DNA of 64,000 nucleotides from Octopus sinensis (lineage: Eukaryota): positions 71,548,001-71,612,000 of the forward strand of contig NC_043008.1 in assembly GCF_006345805.1 (NCBI RefSeq), given 5' to 3'. The number at the start of each line of letters is the position of its first letter. Positions within the stretch are counted from its first letter, which is position 1. Shown piece after piece: positions 25,482 through 40,559 of the stretch. The translations under genes and the position numbers were made by a program. Under the pieces are notes generated by a model. It had not been told where the DNA came from and did no database searches. It was given only the letters and a program-made list of their open reading frames with translations.

Positions 25482-26748
25482 CGAGGGTGGACTGAAAAGT
25501 TCATTGACTGACTATGAAGGAGAGATGCCAGAGTTGTGAAATCTTTCATCATGCATTCATTTCAATTCTCTTACAAATAGCTGCATTGTGTCTATCCATG
25601 TAAATGCACATGACTGTTCAAAGAATACTTCAAAAGTGACTGGCAGCGACTTCTTCGAAAATGGAAAAAATTTGGTATCATGCTGATATCAGGTACTTAG
25701 AGAAAAAGGCTTTATCCTCCAAAAACATTCGGGCTGACATGGTTGCTACATTATGGAATGAGTTTCTAGCTTTATCAACAGTGCAAAAGTGGGCAGCTCA
25801 TTTTCGGGGGGAAACGGATAATCTTGAAGAAGACCCAAATTCTGAAAGGCCCTGCAACTATCACTACCGAGGAAAATACTGATCATGTTCACCATGTAAT
25901 AATGGATGACTGGATATCGAATATTAATCAAATAGTAAATTCTAACAGCATATCCTGTGAGAGATTTGAGAACATTCTGCTCAATGAACTTGACATGAAG
26001 GTTTCTGTTCGGTGGGTGCCACATCTTTTGATATATAATCAAAAGCGTTCCAGCCTGATAACTACTGGGAAAAATCTGACATTCTTTTGGGCAGATTCAG
26101 CTGGTTTCCTTAAACGTTTCCTAATTCAGGATATGTGTAAGTTTCGTCACTTTGAGTCAGAGACGAAGAGATAATGTATGCAGTGAAAACACCTTTCATC
26201 AACTGCACAAACATTTCATCAACTGCTCATCAACATTTCATCTGCAAAGGTGATGATGGCAATAATGTTTGGGGATGCAAATAGCATGATATGAATTGAC
26301 AATCTTCAATAGGGCCACACCATCAACGGAGAGTACTATACCAATTTGCAGAAGCACTTACGAAAGGCTATCGAGAACAAACTGGACAAAGGGTTTTTTT
26401 TTCTTCAGGACACTGCTCTACTAAACAAGTTCTTGGTTTCAATGTTTGTTGAGCGTAACTATAGATTTGACATGGTTGATCATCCTTCCTAATATGACTA
26501 TCATCTGCATGAAGGAACACTTGAGTTAGAACAAGTATCGCAGTGATGATGGCGTCATATCTGCTGTTGATGAGGGCTTTTGTTTACCAACAGGATGAAG
26601 CCTTTTTCCCCAAAGGCATCTAAGCACCTCAAGAACGACGGAAGAACTGTCTGAAACACAAATGGGACAATGTTCAGAAATAAGTGTCACTTGGTCACAT
26701 TGTATGACAGTATCTAGATAAGTCTATGAACATTTCAACCGACTCTCG
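25482..26748 (+). mobile_element. Full-length degenerate mariner transposon
   Basis: TA-flanked TIRs CGAGGGTGGACTGAAAAGTTC / GAACATTTCAACCGACTCTCG; transposase remnants (25661-26174) including WVPHLL. Confidence 0.9.
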
Positions 26749-27029
26749 TATGCTTCGTCTTGGACTTAAATGCCTGTGATTTTTTATTCGTAAGTAGGGA
26801 TTTCATCTTATTGGTTTTGCAATATATTATTAGGTCATCAAGTATGAATTTTGTAGTAAGGTATATGGTAAACTTTGACAGATGCTCATTTTGCGCCATT
26901 ATTATATATTAACAATCTTCTTTGTTAGAAAGTTGACACATCTATTTCTTTATTCTAACTCATTTTGAGCTTTATGAAGTATTTATATATCGTTTTTTGC
27001 TGTTTTTGTTTAGAGATAAATAAGTCGGA

Positions 27030-27965
27030 AATTCAAACAGTTTTGAAATATGAGACCTTTCTTGGAAATACAGCATAACAGACAACTCGGAACATTAATG
27101 GACTATTTCAGCAGAAAGTATTAAATTGTTTTGCAAAATTTCGTTCTGGTAACTTTGACGTCACAAATGAGCAACGCGGTCGACCAGAAAGAAAGGTGGA
27201 GAACTGAAAGCCACAGTCGAGTCAGATCCATCCACAGTACCAGTGAATTATCGTTGTTGTTTGGTGTTGGCAAGTAAACAATATTGACTCATCTAGTTTA
27301 AATCACTAAAGTGAAAATTTTTGATAAGTGGGTTCCACACGAATTCAATGGTAGTCAGAAACAGCAACGTTTGGAAGCCTGCATTATGCTACTTTCACGT
27401 CTCAAAAATGAATCATTTTTGAATCGAATTGTAACATGTGATGAGAAATGAATCCAGTACAACAGCCGTAAACGTTCAGCACAATTGCTGGACAAACGGG
27501 AGCCACCAAAACACAGTCCAAAAAGCAAAATTCATCAAAAGTAACTGATGGTTTGTGTTTGGTGGTCTGGCGCAGGTGTGATCCTTATGATTTCATTAAA
27601 CCTGGTTCATCAATCACGGCCGAAGTATACTACAACGACCGGGGCCAAATGATGCAGTAACTTACAAAAAACTGCCTAGATTAGTCAACAGATCCACTCG
27701 TATTGCAAGACAACGCCAGACCACACATAGCAAAAATGACATTGGCGAAACTGCAGGGCAAGATCTCCTGATCTTGCCTCCACTGACTACCACTTCTTCC
27801 AGAATCTGGATAACTTTTTGATAGGATGACAATTTAATTCCGACGATACTGCAAGACAGGCCTTCCAAGATTTTATTGACTCTACATTGCCAGGTTTTTA
27901 ATGTTCCGAGCTGGACAAGCTACCACTGAAATAGCAAAAGGTGTTGACAATATGGGTGCAACTTT
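27030..27965 (+). mobile_element. Degenerate mariner transposase (Hsmar1/Mos1-like)
   Basis: KWVPHEF, FLNRIVTCDEK, LMVCVWW, SPDLASTDYHFF across broken frames; TIRs not found. Confidence 0.85.
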
Positions 27966-28355
27966 ATGCTGACAACGCGGGTTCTAGAGGGGAACCCATT
28001 GACGTTCCATTTACTTTGTTTATAAGCATTTCCACACAGGAAAATAGTATTTAAGATGTGTAATGTTCAGTTAAGTTCTAAAATATATTTGTTCTGGTGT
28101 GACGTGGGCGTTTAAGTTGAAGCCTTTGTATACACAATCCAATATAATTTCTGTCAATTCCTTTTTCCTCTTGAAAATTTATTGAAAAGACTTCCTAAAT
28201 TTAGAGTAGAAATTATACCTTTCCCCGCTGTGTTTTTCTAAATATCTGGAAATTCTTCCGGTGACTTGATTCGTGTTAAAGTGAATTGTTCACGTGGAAA
28301 ACACGATGGTCCCATTTGTGAATTTTGATTGGCCACATCATTACCCCATAATTTA

Positions 28356-28454
<99 letters not shown>

Positions 28455-29580
28455 AAATTATGTGGTAATGCTTCAACAAATACAAAACAATTCGATTACC
28501 TACGAGAGTAAAGATAAACTTAAAATTGAAAAAAAATCACAAATCTTGTAATTACAGCTACCCAAGTTTTCCTGATCGAAATAATAATTCATTGTGTCAT
28601 TTATCAAGCTAAAACAAAACCGCTTGTCAGTTGTCCTTTGAGCAAAAAACGTTTAAAACAAGAGATGCATGTAATGAAGACAAAACAGTAAAACAGAAAG
28701 GAGATAAACAGTGTTAAAATAGTTAGATGTTCAGCAGACGTAAACCAGATGTTAATGGTTTACTAAGTATCCGATGGTCTACTTTTGAATTACGACAAGA
28801 TGTACTTCCTGAAATGCGGACATACTGAAAAATCTCCTTTCTCAAATTTATGTATTCGTTGGAGGATCACAAATTTTTTTTATGGACACAGTGTTTCAAG
28901 AGAACACACTGAACATTTCTAGACACTTTAGAAATCCTTGATTTATAGAAGATTTTCCATTTGATTTCGAAATTAGTCCCTTCGTCTTTAAAATCATATG
29001 CACCATATCTCTATATCTACAACCTTTGCACCATTGCTGACACCTAGCTAACTCATGTTTCACCTAGACTAAGATGACGCCAAAAGGGTTTTTGAATACC
29101 TCATATCACGGCAGCTAAAATTGGAAAGATGGTTGTTACATCTAGATTTAAATTTTCCTTCTACGACTCCAGGACACCGCCAATCAAAATTCCCAAATGG
29201 GACCATTGCACTTTCCTTCCATTGGAGAATAATTCACACCAGCACATATGTATTTTACCGTAAAAATATACAAACGAAACAAATATCATCAAATTTATAT
29301 ATTAGAGAGTTATAGTACGAAGTCACCGGAGGAATTTCCAGTAGACCTATCATTTCTACCCTAAAGTTAGAAAGTCGTTTCAATAGATTTTGAAGAGTAA
29401 GTAAATGTAAATGTTTTCAGCGTGATAAATGGCGCAATACATTAATATTTCGACCAGGAAACCCTGGTAGCTGTAATTACAAGATTTGTATGTTTTTATG
29501 TTAAGATGATATACATCGGTAAATATGTAGAGAAACTGACAGACAGTCACAGAAATACACAGACAGACAGATAGATCGGT

Positions 29581-29649
<69 letters not shown>

Positions 29650-30092
29650 ATATACAGAGAGAGAGAGAGACAGGAAGAAGAAGAGAAAGAGAAAGGGGGA
29701 GAGGCACTGATACCTTCAAACTTGAAAGTGTATTAATCCGTGACAGATTGTATTTCAAAACCCAAGCAGGTTATTGACGGAAATGATTCCAGCATTTGCC
29801 ATCACTTGTACGAAATCAATAACGGAAGTTACAGTCGACGTTATGTTAGCCAACGTAATTCATTCTGCCTAGATAATATCTGAAATAGAAACGAACTAGA
29901 ATTTACCTCCGTTGCAGGGCACTACAAGTATAGATAGTGAGCAAAAGGGGAATTAAATCTAAGGAAACTCATGCCTGTAAAAACAAAATGTCTAATACGA
30001 GTGCTCAAATTCCGGTGATGGTCTTAAATTTGTTGACATACTAAGATATATACATATATATATATACATACATACATACAAACATACATACA

Positions 30093-30128
<36 letters not shown>

Positions 30129-30151
30129 TATATATACATATATTACAAAGT

Positions 30152-31506
30152 GAAGTTGTAAGGTACCGCACGAATGGAATTATATAAGAAAGAAGGTTTG
30201 AAAATGCAATTTTAAAAGGTTTATTCACTTGACCGCTTTCACTTTTTTAGAAAAAGATTGTGAAAAGTAACATGTAAAAGCTTTGTTGTGTTAGGTACTG
30301 GTTGTCACATAATATTGTAATACATATATACATTCTTTGATAATAATAAGAACATGTTAAAAACAGTTTACAAGGAAAAATCTTGGGAAAATATTTAAAA
30401 GTTCATTAAAATATTAGGCACAAAACATTACAATACATATATACATATTTGATAATAATAAGAAAATGCTAAAAACAGTTTACAGGAAAAAATCTTGAGA
30501 GATTATTAAAAAGGTCATAAAAAATATAAAGATTTCATTAGAAATCATGTTTGTTTGGAAATATCTATATATACACACAGAAAATTATAAGTTCAAAAAG
30601 GTCATATTTTGGTAGTATATATATATATATACACACAGAAGGAGATATATTTAGTTTACTAAGAATTTGGGATGAACTGACCTGTTTCACCATTTTAGCG
30701 TAAAAAACTATTTTCTATTTCAAGGGACATTTTAGGAGGTGTGTTTGGGTGGGGAGAAGGAAGAGTAATGTGGAATTGAAAAGAAGTTTTTGTGTTTTCA
30801 AGGTTCAGTGGTTTTGGGGATCGGTCTTTAGAGGTCAGAATGGTGTGAGTGTATGTCTCTCTCTGTGGGCTTGTGTTTGTGTGTGGTGGCCGTTTTTGAT
30901 TGGTCCCAGGGTTTATTGCGGTGAATGTAAATGTGTCTCTGTGTGTTTAATATTTGGTAGGATGGTGTGTGTGTATATGTGTGCACGTTTGTGTGTGTGT
31001 GTGGTTAATATTTGTTAGGGTGTACACACATACTCACCTACACATACACAACACAAAAAATACACAAGCATGCACACGAACCCACAGACGCACACATACA
31101 CATATGCGAACAAATACATACACACACTAGCGCACACACAACACCCTAACAAATATTACAGAAACATATTTTTTATGAACTTTTTAATAATCTCTCAAGT
31201 TTTTTTCTGTAAACTGTTTTTCAAATTTTCTTATTATTATCAAAGAATGTATATATGTATTGTAATTATTTGTGCCTAATATTTTAATGAACTTTTAAAT
31301 ATTTTCCCAAGATTTTTCCTTGTAAACTGTTTTTAACATGTTCTTCTTATTATCAAAGAATGTATATATGTATTATAATATTTTGTGCCAACCAGTACCT
31401 AACAGAACAAAGCTTTTACATGTTACATTTGACTTTTTTTCCTAAAAATGTGAAACCGGTCAAGTGAATATACATATTTTAAAATTGCATTTTCAAACCT
31501 TCTTTC
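30152..31506. repeat. Foldback-like element: inverted ~350 bp arms, each with ~120 bp subrepeats, ~620 bp spacer
   Basis: 30188-30528 is an inverted copy of 31166-31506; same family as 4016-4760 and 42760-43060. Confidence 0.75.
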
Positions 31507-31663
31507 ATATATATATATATATATATATACATACATACCTCATATATATATATGTAGGGGTCTGCTATTTCTAAATTAAAATATATTTCTTCATTGAGAA
31601 TAATTTGAACCTCTGTTCTGCCGGAATCTCTATTCTCTAAAAAATAATATATCTATCTATCTA

Positions 31664-31697
<34 letters not shown>

Positions 31698-31700
<3 letters not shown>

Positions 31701-32300
31701 GTGGTCTGATCAGTAAGTATCAGGACTGTTGCCATAGCAACGACAATAAAGCACGCAGGGTAAAGCTGCTTGACCTTGAACTCTGCAGGATATGCGCACT
31801 GAATTTTAACGTTCTAGTTCTCTACAGTTGTTTACAGCAGTGCTTGTAAGAGAGGTGATCATAGCACTGATTACGACAGAGAAAGTTTAGCAGATAATCT
31901 ACATCAAATTTTGCCAAAACCTTGGCGATACATACGCAGAGGCCTGCACAATGTCGTCAAAAGCTTTTTCGTCAGTATCTACACAATCAAGGAGGTTTTG
32001 TGTAACTTAAACCCGAGTGTCTTTTTGGTCAGCTAGGCCTATACGTGTCCCATACCCAAATCACCGGTGATAATGGACTGAACTGAACGGTAATTAATCT
32101 GCACATCCTCTGATATTTCACAGATGGTGATTCGACAATTGCCTCTCATTGGTGTACGCATATCTGCGATGTTTTTCTCATTTCCGCTGGTTGCAGGTTT
32201 CACAGAACTTCTTCAATATCGACATATTTTCGGCCACCAAGGAAACATTTGAACCACTCATCTGAACTTACATGTAGCTATCGTATTTGAAGTGCAGCGA
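31698..32300. mobile_element. Rearranged mariner relic (TIR and N-terminus on +, HTH region on -)
   Basis: TA|CACGTGGTCTGATCAGTAAGT TIR; + strand IKFCQNLGDT; - strand RITICEISEDVQINYRSVQSII. Confidence 0.65.
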
Positions 32301-32950
32301 TAAGATATAAACTCTAGAACTATATCCTTCACATGGTCGATTGTCAAATATTCTCCTATAATAATATCATAGCGTTGACCTCAATTCTCTCACTCGTAAA
32401 ATTCTTCTTTAAATCAGTTGATAAAATCATATTTATGAATATATATATATATACATATATATACATAAATATATATACATGTAAGTATGTATTATGTATA
32501 TGTATATATGTGTATATGGATGTATGTATATACGTATGCATATATGTATTCATGTATGTATTTCTATATATATATATTTATATGTGTGTATATATATGCA
32601 TGTATACATGCATGTATGTATATATGTATATATGCATGCATGTATGCATGTATATATAAACGTGTGTATTTGATTAGGCACGCATTGTTGTAGACATGTG
32701 CGAACACGTGGTTCTCAATCTGTCTGCATCAAATTCAATTACATTTCCTACAAACCTTGAATCATTATATATACACACATACATACACATCTATATATGT
32801 GTATTTATACTTTCAAATGTCACATATATATATACATATACACATACACACACACATATATATGTTGTATAGATGTGGATAAGTGCGTATATGTATGTAT
32901 GTATATATATATATATATACATACGTATTTATTATAGTGTATATATATAT

Positions 32951-32993
<43 letters not shown>

Positions 32994-32998
32994 GAAAA

Positions 32999-33049
<51 letters not shown>

Positions 33050-33098
33050 TATTATATATACATATATATGTATACATATATATATTTGTTTTCCAAAA

Positions 33099-33160
<62 letters not shown>

Positions 33161-33490
33161 GCACGCACATACACTCCCATATATATGTTAGTGTGTGTTC
33201 ATGTATAAGTGCATCCGTGTCTATTTTTGTACCTGTATTCATGTATGTATATACGTATGTATAAGAGAGAGGTGGGATTGGAGACGTTAATTAAATACTA
33301 TTCATCTCCCTATCAGTCCTATTGTAACCTGGCTTCAGTTTAATAAAGAAGTCCAGACAGCAGGTCTTCCAACACACCGGACAATTAATACCGTCGTTTC
33401 GTCTTAATTCAGTAAACTTCTCTCATTTCATCTACTAACTAGTAAACACAGTTAACGTAACCACATGCCGACACAATCATTAACGGCATC

Positions 33491-33579
<89 letters not shown>

Positions 33580-34569
33580 GATGTTATTTTCATTATCGTA
33601 TTATTATTATATCACTGAGATTATTATTTTAATATTACTCTTGTTTTTATCATTATCATCATCATCATCCTCATCCTCATCCTCATCATCATAATAATAA
33701 TCATAGTCGTCGTCGTCATTATCATCATCATCAATATTATTATTGTTATTACTTTCTAATGATGTGACATTTATTTGGTAGGGATGAAATTAGATTGGGA
33801 AAATATTCTTAACCAACATGTGCTGCAGCAAGCTGACCCTCGTATTCGTTGTCCATTGGTATTTTGTGCTTTGATATGTTGTGCAACGCATCACTCTATA
33901 TTATTGCTTCCCACCTTTATATAGACGTTTTCCTTTTGTTTCTTCTGCTAGTTTGTTACTATTTTTATCATCTCCCTTTATCGTTTTCTTGTGGGTTTTT
34001 GCTCTTGAATACCCCATAAACTATTCAATAGCAGATTAACAGGGTCTCAGAATTTAATTAATATATATTTAGTAGAATTTAATTAATTAATAATTAATAT
34101 ATATATAGTAAGATTTTAAATTCTATGTTTAAAACCCTATGAGGTAGATTAACTTTTTATCCACTTGGCATGAATAATATATTGTTTGCAACAACTACGA
34201 GGTTGATTCCACCGCGTAAAATGCTCTTACCTAAAATTGCGATGACCTACTATATTGTTCCCAATTCTTTAATTGCCTTCTTCCACTTCCTTCGTATCCT
34301 TCTCCCTTTTATTCTTCTTTACCATCGCCTAATTTACTTCTTCCTACATTTCTTAATATAATACTATCCATTCATCAAAGGATCAGTATGTTGTAGCATT
34401 TTTTTACAGAGAAGCACCGCATATTAAATTAGTTGGCGATATCACGTGACCTGATGCAAATATCTACTAACTACAGTGGGTCTCCCGAAAGTGGTTATTC
34501 TTGGGTAAATGCAAAATAAATGAAAGACTGATTCCTCTCCACTCAAAACAATAAGATTATGATCGAACA

Positions 34570-35580
34570 AACGTGGCGTATGGTTCCAGACAAAATCATT
34601 TCTGCTATCAAGGTCCTCTACACAGATACATCTTCAACCATCTTAACCCCTGACGGAGAAACATCATATTTCTCAATCAAAGCCGGAATACTGCAGGGAG
34701 ACACACTCGCCCCATTTGTCTTCATCATTGTCGTTGACTTTGTGCTACGTATGTCAGTTGATACCATCTCTGGCAAGGGCTTTGAAATAAAACCAAGAAG
34801 AAGTTCCAGACACCCAGCTGAATACTTGATAGACACTGACTTTGCTGACGACATCGCTCTTATCAGTGATTCTCTCTCCAATGCTCAGTCTCTTTTACAA
34901 TCTCTCGAACAAGCCTCAAATTGTCTGAATATATAAACAAGTTCCTGTCCAACAGTGATTGCATCATCCATACTCTCAACAATGTGCCCTTAAATATGGT
35001 TTCTGATTACAAATATCTTGGGTCATTCATATCATCATCTGGAAAAGATTTTCTAACTAGAAAGGGTATGGCCTGGTCAGCCTGTAATAACATGCATAAG
35101 ACTTATGACATCAAATCTAAGTAGAGACTTCAAACTTGAAATCTTCAAAGCCACGGTCGAACCAATTCTACTATATGGCTCAGAAACCTGGACGTTATCA
35201 AAGAAACTTGAGAGGCGGTTGGATGGAACCTACACTCGCCTCATTATGAGAGTTCAAAATCTCTCGTTGAAGCGTCATCCAACCAAAATGCAAATATATG
35301 GGAAACTACCACCTGTGTCATCTCTTGTGAAAGGTTGGAGAATCTAGTTTGCTGGACATTGTTGTAGAGCTGAAAACGCGGCAATTTCTACTCTTCTCCT
35401 CTGGAAGCCATCTACTCGCAATACCAGAGGGTGTACACTCTCCTACCCTGATGTAATCTCCAGGGATACAAGTATCCAGCAACAGGACCTCCGTAATGCT
35501 ATGATGGACCGTGAAGTCTGGCGTAGCATGGTAAATTCCATTGTCTTGACCACGGTTCGAACAATGATGATAATGATGTT
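34570..35580 (+). mobile_element. 5'-truncated RTE-clade LINE
   Basis: GILQGDTLAPFVF, DFADDIAL, YKYLGS, PILLYGSETW; (GAT)-like tail at ~35565. Confidence 0.9.
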
Positions 35581-35929
35581 GGTTCCTTCTTGCGGAGTAT
35601 AGGCCGGAATTGGAAATTATCCCACATTTTGAACTTTCCAACATACTAGTCCAGCAATATATAATTTTGACCAGCAATATAATTATTTAATCATATGACT
35701 CACGTTTAGAAATGAAAATTGGATAGTCATGGCTTTATTCAACATATACAAGTGAATAAACCTATAAGTTACTCATATAGTAGGTCTATCAAGCTGCTAG
35801 TGGCATGGTGTTTACCAATAAACACAAACTGAACTCAAGTATTTGAAAATTCATTGATATTCTTACAAATACACACGAGCTGACAACTGACAGATAGGCA
35901 CACTAAATACACATACATTTATGTTTTTA

Positions 35930-36305
35930 CTTATTTCAGTTATTAGTCTGAGGCAATAGAGGAGCAGGCCTTGATGAGATTCGTCGAATAAATCAACCCT
36001 AGCATCCTATTTTTTAAAGGCTGTTATTTATTCTTTCGGTCTCTATGAGAAACTACTAAGATGCGGAGACATAAACAAACCAGTATGTTTTTAAGCGATG
36101 GTGGAGGGCGTCTAAATGACACACACATAGATTTATACATATTTAAACAAAGGGCTTCTTTTAGTTTTCGTAAGTAAATCTCAAAAGGCTTTGGTAGACC
36201 CAAGATTATATTAGAAGGTGCTTTCCCAAGGTGACAGGGAGTTGAACTGAACCCAGTACCATGTGGCTAGGGACACAGGAGTCTTAGCACACAGTTACAC
36301 CTGCA
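35930..36305 (-). mobile_element. SINE family C (diverged)
   Basis: Similar to the reverse complement of 50578-50994. Confidence 0.65.
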
Positions 36306-36684
36306 CCTATATATATATATATATTATATATATATATAATATATATATATATAATATATATATATATACGTGTGTGTATTTATGTGCGTGGTTATATATT
36401 ATATACACATGCATACATCTATGTGTATCGTAAAGTAAGAATTGCAAACTATATAAAAAAATAAACATTTATATATCATCGTAAGTGATGTGCACATTAC
36501 CTGATATGGAACTCAGTATTCATGTGGATACACATATCTACCATATTAAAATTTGACTCTACTCCATTGCATTTCACACTAGGCCAGACTAATGCTGACG
36601 GCATATACATATATTTGTATGCAGGTCTGTTTATTTGTTTGTCTTTCAGGCTGTCTAGTTCACTCTCCATATACATACATATAT

Positions 36685-36771
<87 letters not shown>

Positions 36772-36772
36772 C

Positions 36773-37170
36773 TCTTTTACTCTTTTACTTGTTTCAGTCA
36801 TTTGACTGCGGCCATGATGGAGCACCGCCTTTAGTCGAGCAAATCGACCCGGGACTCATTCTTTGTAAGCCCAGTACTTATACTATCGGTCACATTTGCC
36901 GAACCGCTAAGTGACGGGGACGTCAACACACCAGCATCGGTTGTCAAGCAATGCTAGGTGGACAAACACAGACACACAAACATACACACAAATACATATA
37001 TATACGACAGGCTTCTTTCAGTTTCCGTCTACCAAATCCACTCAAAAGGCCATAGTCGGCCCGAGGCTATAGTAGAAGGCACTTGCCCAAGATGCCACGC
37101 AGTGGGACTGAACCCGGAACCATGTGGTTGGTAAGCAAGCTACTTACCACACAGCCATTCCTTCGCCTAT
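36773..37170 (-). mobile_element. SINE family C
   Basis: Close reverse-complement match to 50578-50994. Confidence 0.9.
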
Positions 37171-37358
37171 ATGTATATATATATGTGTGTGTGTGGTGTG
37201 TGTGTGTGTGTGTGTATGCGTGTGTGTGTGTGTGTGTGCGTGTGTACGTGCGTGCGTTTGTATTTACACACATACACACGCACGCACATACAAACTCACA
37301 TTATATATGAACATTTATACATATATATGTTTACACGTGCAGATATTTGCGTGTGCAC

Positions 37359-37390
<32 letters not shown>

Positions 37391-37440
37391 CTGTCTGTGT
37401 GTATATATATACATAAATATATAAATCTATCTATCTCTCG

Positions 37441-37477
<37 letters not shown>

Positions 37478-40013
37478 GCTGCAGACAAATGTGAGGAACC
37501 GTTGTGTATGGCAGGTCTCCTGTGTCGACATTGTTAAATTGTTGCAGATGGAAATTCATCTGTTTATCAGATATCTAGTCATTATCTTTTCTCCTACGAC
37601 GTCACTTCTAGTATCGATGATTTCACCTGATTTTTAATTCACTCTTGTTCTTGGCTGCTTAACAACCTGTTAACTCCCAAGGGAAAATAACAGTCGAGCA
37701 CAAAAATTATATATATACACAAGTACAAATATGTGTGTGTACGTGTTTGATTGTCTATATTTATCTATACGTTGAAAAATGTATTAATATGAATATTATC
37801 ACCCCTTGGAATAAAACAAAAAAACAAACAAATGCTTTATTCCTATTTAGCCTGTTTCTGTATAACTTCGTTTAATGTTTTGCCTACGTTGACAATAAAA
37901 TTTATTATTTCTAACACTGATGTAGGACCATAACTACGACGGGTAGCGGTTGTGCATGAAATCTAGTTTGTACCTGTCGCGTGTTCTGGACATTTTGATT
38001 CTGAATTAGTGAATTTAGTACCCAGTACCTAGAAAGACGCAATACACAGGTTGCTAAAATTTGATTGAAGACCTCACGATTCTGCAACTCCAATAATAAA
38101 ATTATTGACAATTATACTGTTGTTGTTGTTGATAATATTAACATTGAAAATTGAATATGTGTGGTGTTGTGAATGATGACTATGATAACGATTCAGCCTC
38201 CTCTAAATTTGTTGTAACCAGTAATCTTGCAGAATCGTTAGAGAGTCGGAATAAATGCACTGTGGTTTTTGTTCTAACGTTCCTATTTTGAATTCAGCCG
38301 ACTTGTCATGTCCGAGGTTGGTAATATCAATGAAACCCACTCCCTCAAATGTGGTAGCTTTGAGTCCAATGCAGAATCCTCTTATTATAGAAATTATATT
38401 ATATGCATGGCGCAGTGCTTTTGCATTTAATTTTCGTCTGTGATGCTCTTTGTTGATATTCACTGAGCCCAAATCAACTCTGTATCTGTCTAGAATTCTT
38501 AATATGTGAATGCAGTTAGGTATTACGGTCGACATTATAAATTTTTCTCACAAGGTTCTGGATTCATTTCCTCGACTGGGCGGCGCGTTGTATTCTGGAA
38601 CAATATATTTAATTTCCTCTAGCTCCGGTCCATTTAACTTAATTTCTCTTAACAGTGCATTAAATAAGTCGAGACCAGGAGCTGCTTGTGTTTGCTAGCC
38701 TCTATAGAGATATCAAAAACTATTAACGAAAATATAGTGCACGATATCAAGACAAACCGGTATGTGAAAGCCGGCTGTTCACTCCTGCCGATCAATCAAA
38801 TTATTATTTATTATGTTTTCAATGTTTCCACGTGAGTTTCTCTGGCGCCACCGACCACCGTAGTGCTTCTGAGTTGTTTGTCGTCAATTATATTTGTGGG
38901 TATGTTGAATGCTTCTCGTTTTGCGTTGTAATATGGTTAGTCGTGTTTGATGTAAATCATTAGTGGAAATGCTGTCATTTTCATGCCCAACATCCTGGTT
39001 ATTTCGGAACATGATCCTTGTACTATGATACGCTTTCCACTACTTTTCTGCTAATGACCTCATCAGACCAAAGTAAAATTATGCCCGTTCTACCATTCAT
39101 TGATAAATAACTTTTTTTTTTATCTCCTTGTCAACCTGGACATCAAGAACAAAGAGAAATGGTACCGGATTATTATGCCCCATGTATCAGGTGTATACCA
39201 TCCTTTAAGTCCTTGGACGCCAGTTATCAAATTACACAATGGTCATAAACGCCGACTCACTCATTTTTATGACTGAAATTTGTCTCGGAAATTTCTGGTG
39301 AAAAGAACATATGCTGAGTTCTCTGGTGGCACACACTGTATATTTTTTAAATAGTTTTTTATTGTTTCTTTATTCGTAATTATTCATTGCTAGGCATTCA
39401 TCCTGCTATAAAACAATTTGTATTTTGTACTTAGCCCAGAATATTTGCAGCACGGTTGTCTTACATTTTCGTTCATTTCCTCTTTTTTCGGCTGGTGTCT
39501 TTCACGCTGATCTTCATCACTTTCCTTATTATTTTCTTTAGTATATCGTGTAGGTCTATAATGGTTTTCTGTTTTTTAAACAATTTCTATTGTTTTGCAG
39601 TTATCTGAATCTGTTTTTCTTTCTATGTTGTCAATCAGCATCATTTCCTAATATAAAGAGATTTTTACTTTATTTATTTCACGTTTTTGCTTTCCTTTCA
39701 CACTGATCAGCTCTCTTTTTTCTTTTACTTGTTTCAGTCTATTTTCTAGTCTTACACTTCATATTTATTCCGAAATTCAATTTTCCTGTCCTGCCTTTCA
39801 AACTCGGTTAGCAGTTGCCTGGTTTTCTTTATATTCAATATGTTCATTTCAGATAACGTCTACCTTCTAGTCAGGCTCTAGATTGAAGTTGGATAGCTTG
39901 TGTATTCTTATTTAGCGTTGAGGTTTACGTTTGATATGAACCTAACGTTTCCGTACTTCTATTTTCCAATGTTCACTTTCTTTTCAGGGTTTAATCATAG
40001 CGACCACAATGAC

Positions 40014-40076
<63 letters not shown>

Positions 40077-40262
40077 AGCGGTGAGCTGGCAAAATCGTTA
40101 GCAAGCCGGATAAAATGCGTAGCGGCATTTCGTCTGCCTTTTTCGTTGTGAGCTCAGATACCACAAAGGTCCACTTTGCTTTTCATACTTTTTGGATCGA
40201 TAAATTAAATACAAGTAAAACACTGGGGTCGAAGCAATCAACTAATACCCTATGGTTTTGTA
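40077..40262 (+). mobile_element. SINE family A
   Basis: GCGGTGAGCTGGCAAAATCGTTAGC head; body matches the other family A copies; follows (ATT)n. Confidence 0.75.
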
Positions 40263-40481
40263 CATAGTGTTGTTCTAGAGAATGTTTGATAAACCATAAA
40301 AAATTGTTTGTTTTAAAACTTGAGAGTAAATAGAAAGTATTTTGCGTAGGATATGGGCAGTTCCCATGAGCACTATCTTTTGCATTTCTGCCAATTTTGG
40401 GTTTCCTGGTATCTGATCTAGGTAGCAATCAGCCCCTTTTGCTATCGTTAAAGGGCACCTATGACAACAGGTATTGTTTTA

Positions 40482-40513
<32 letters not shown>

Positions 40514-40515
40514 CA

Positions 40516-40559
<44 letters not shown>

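Noticed and set aside
39040-39075. Minus-strand CTGATGA...GAAA
   Set aside because: No helix II or helix I complementarity.
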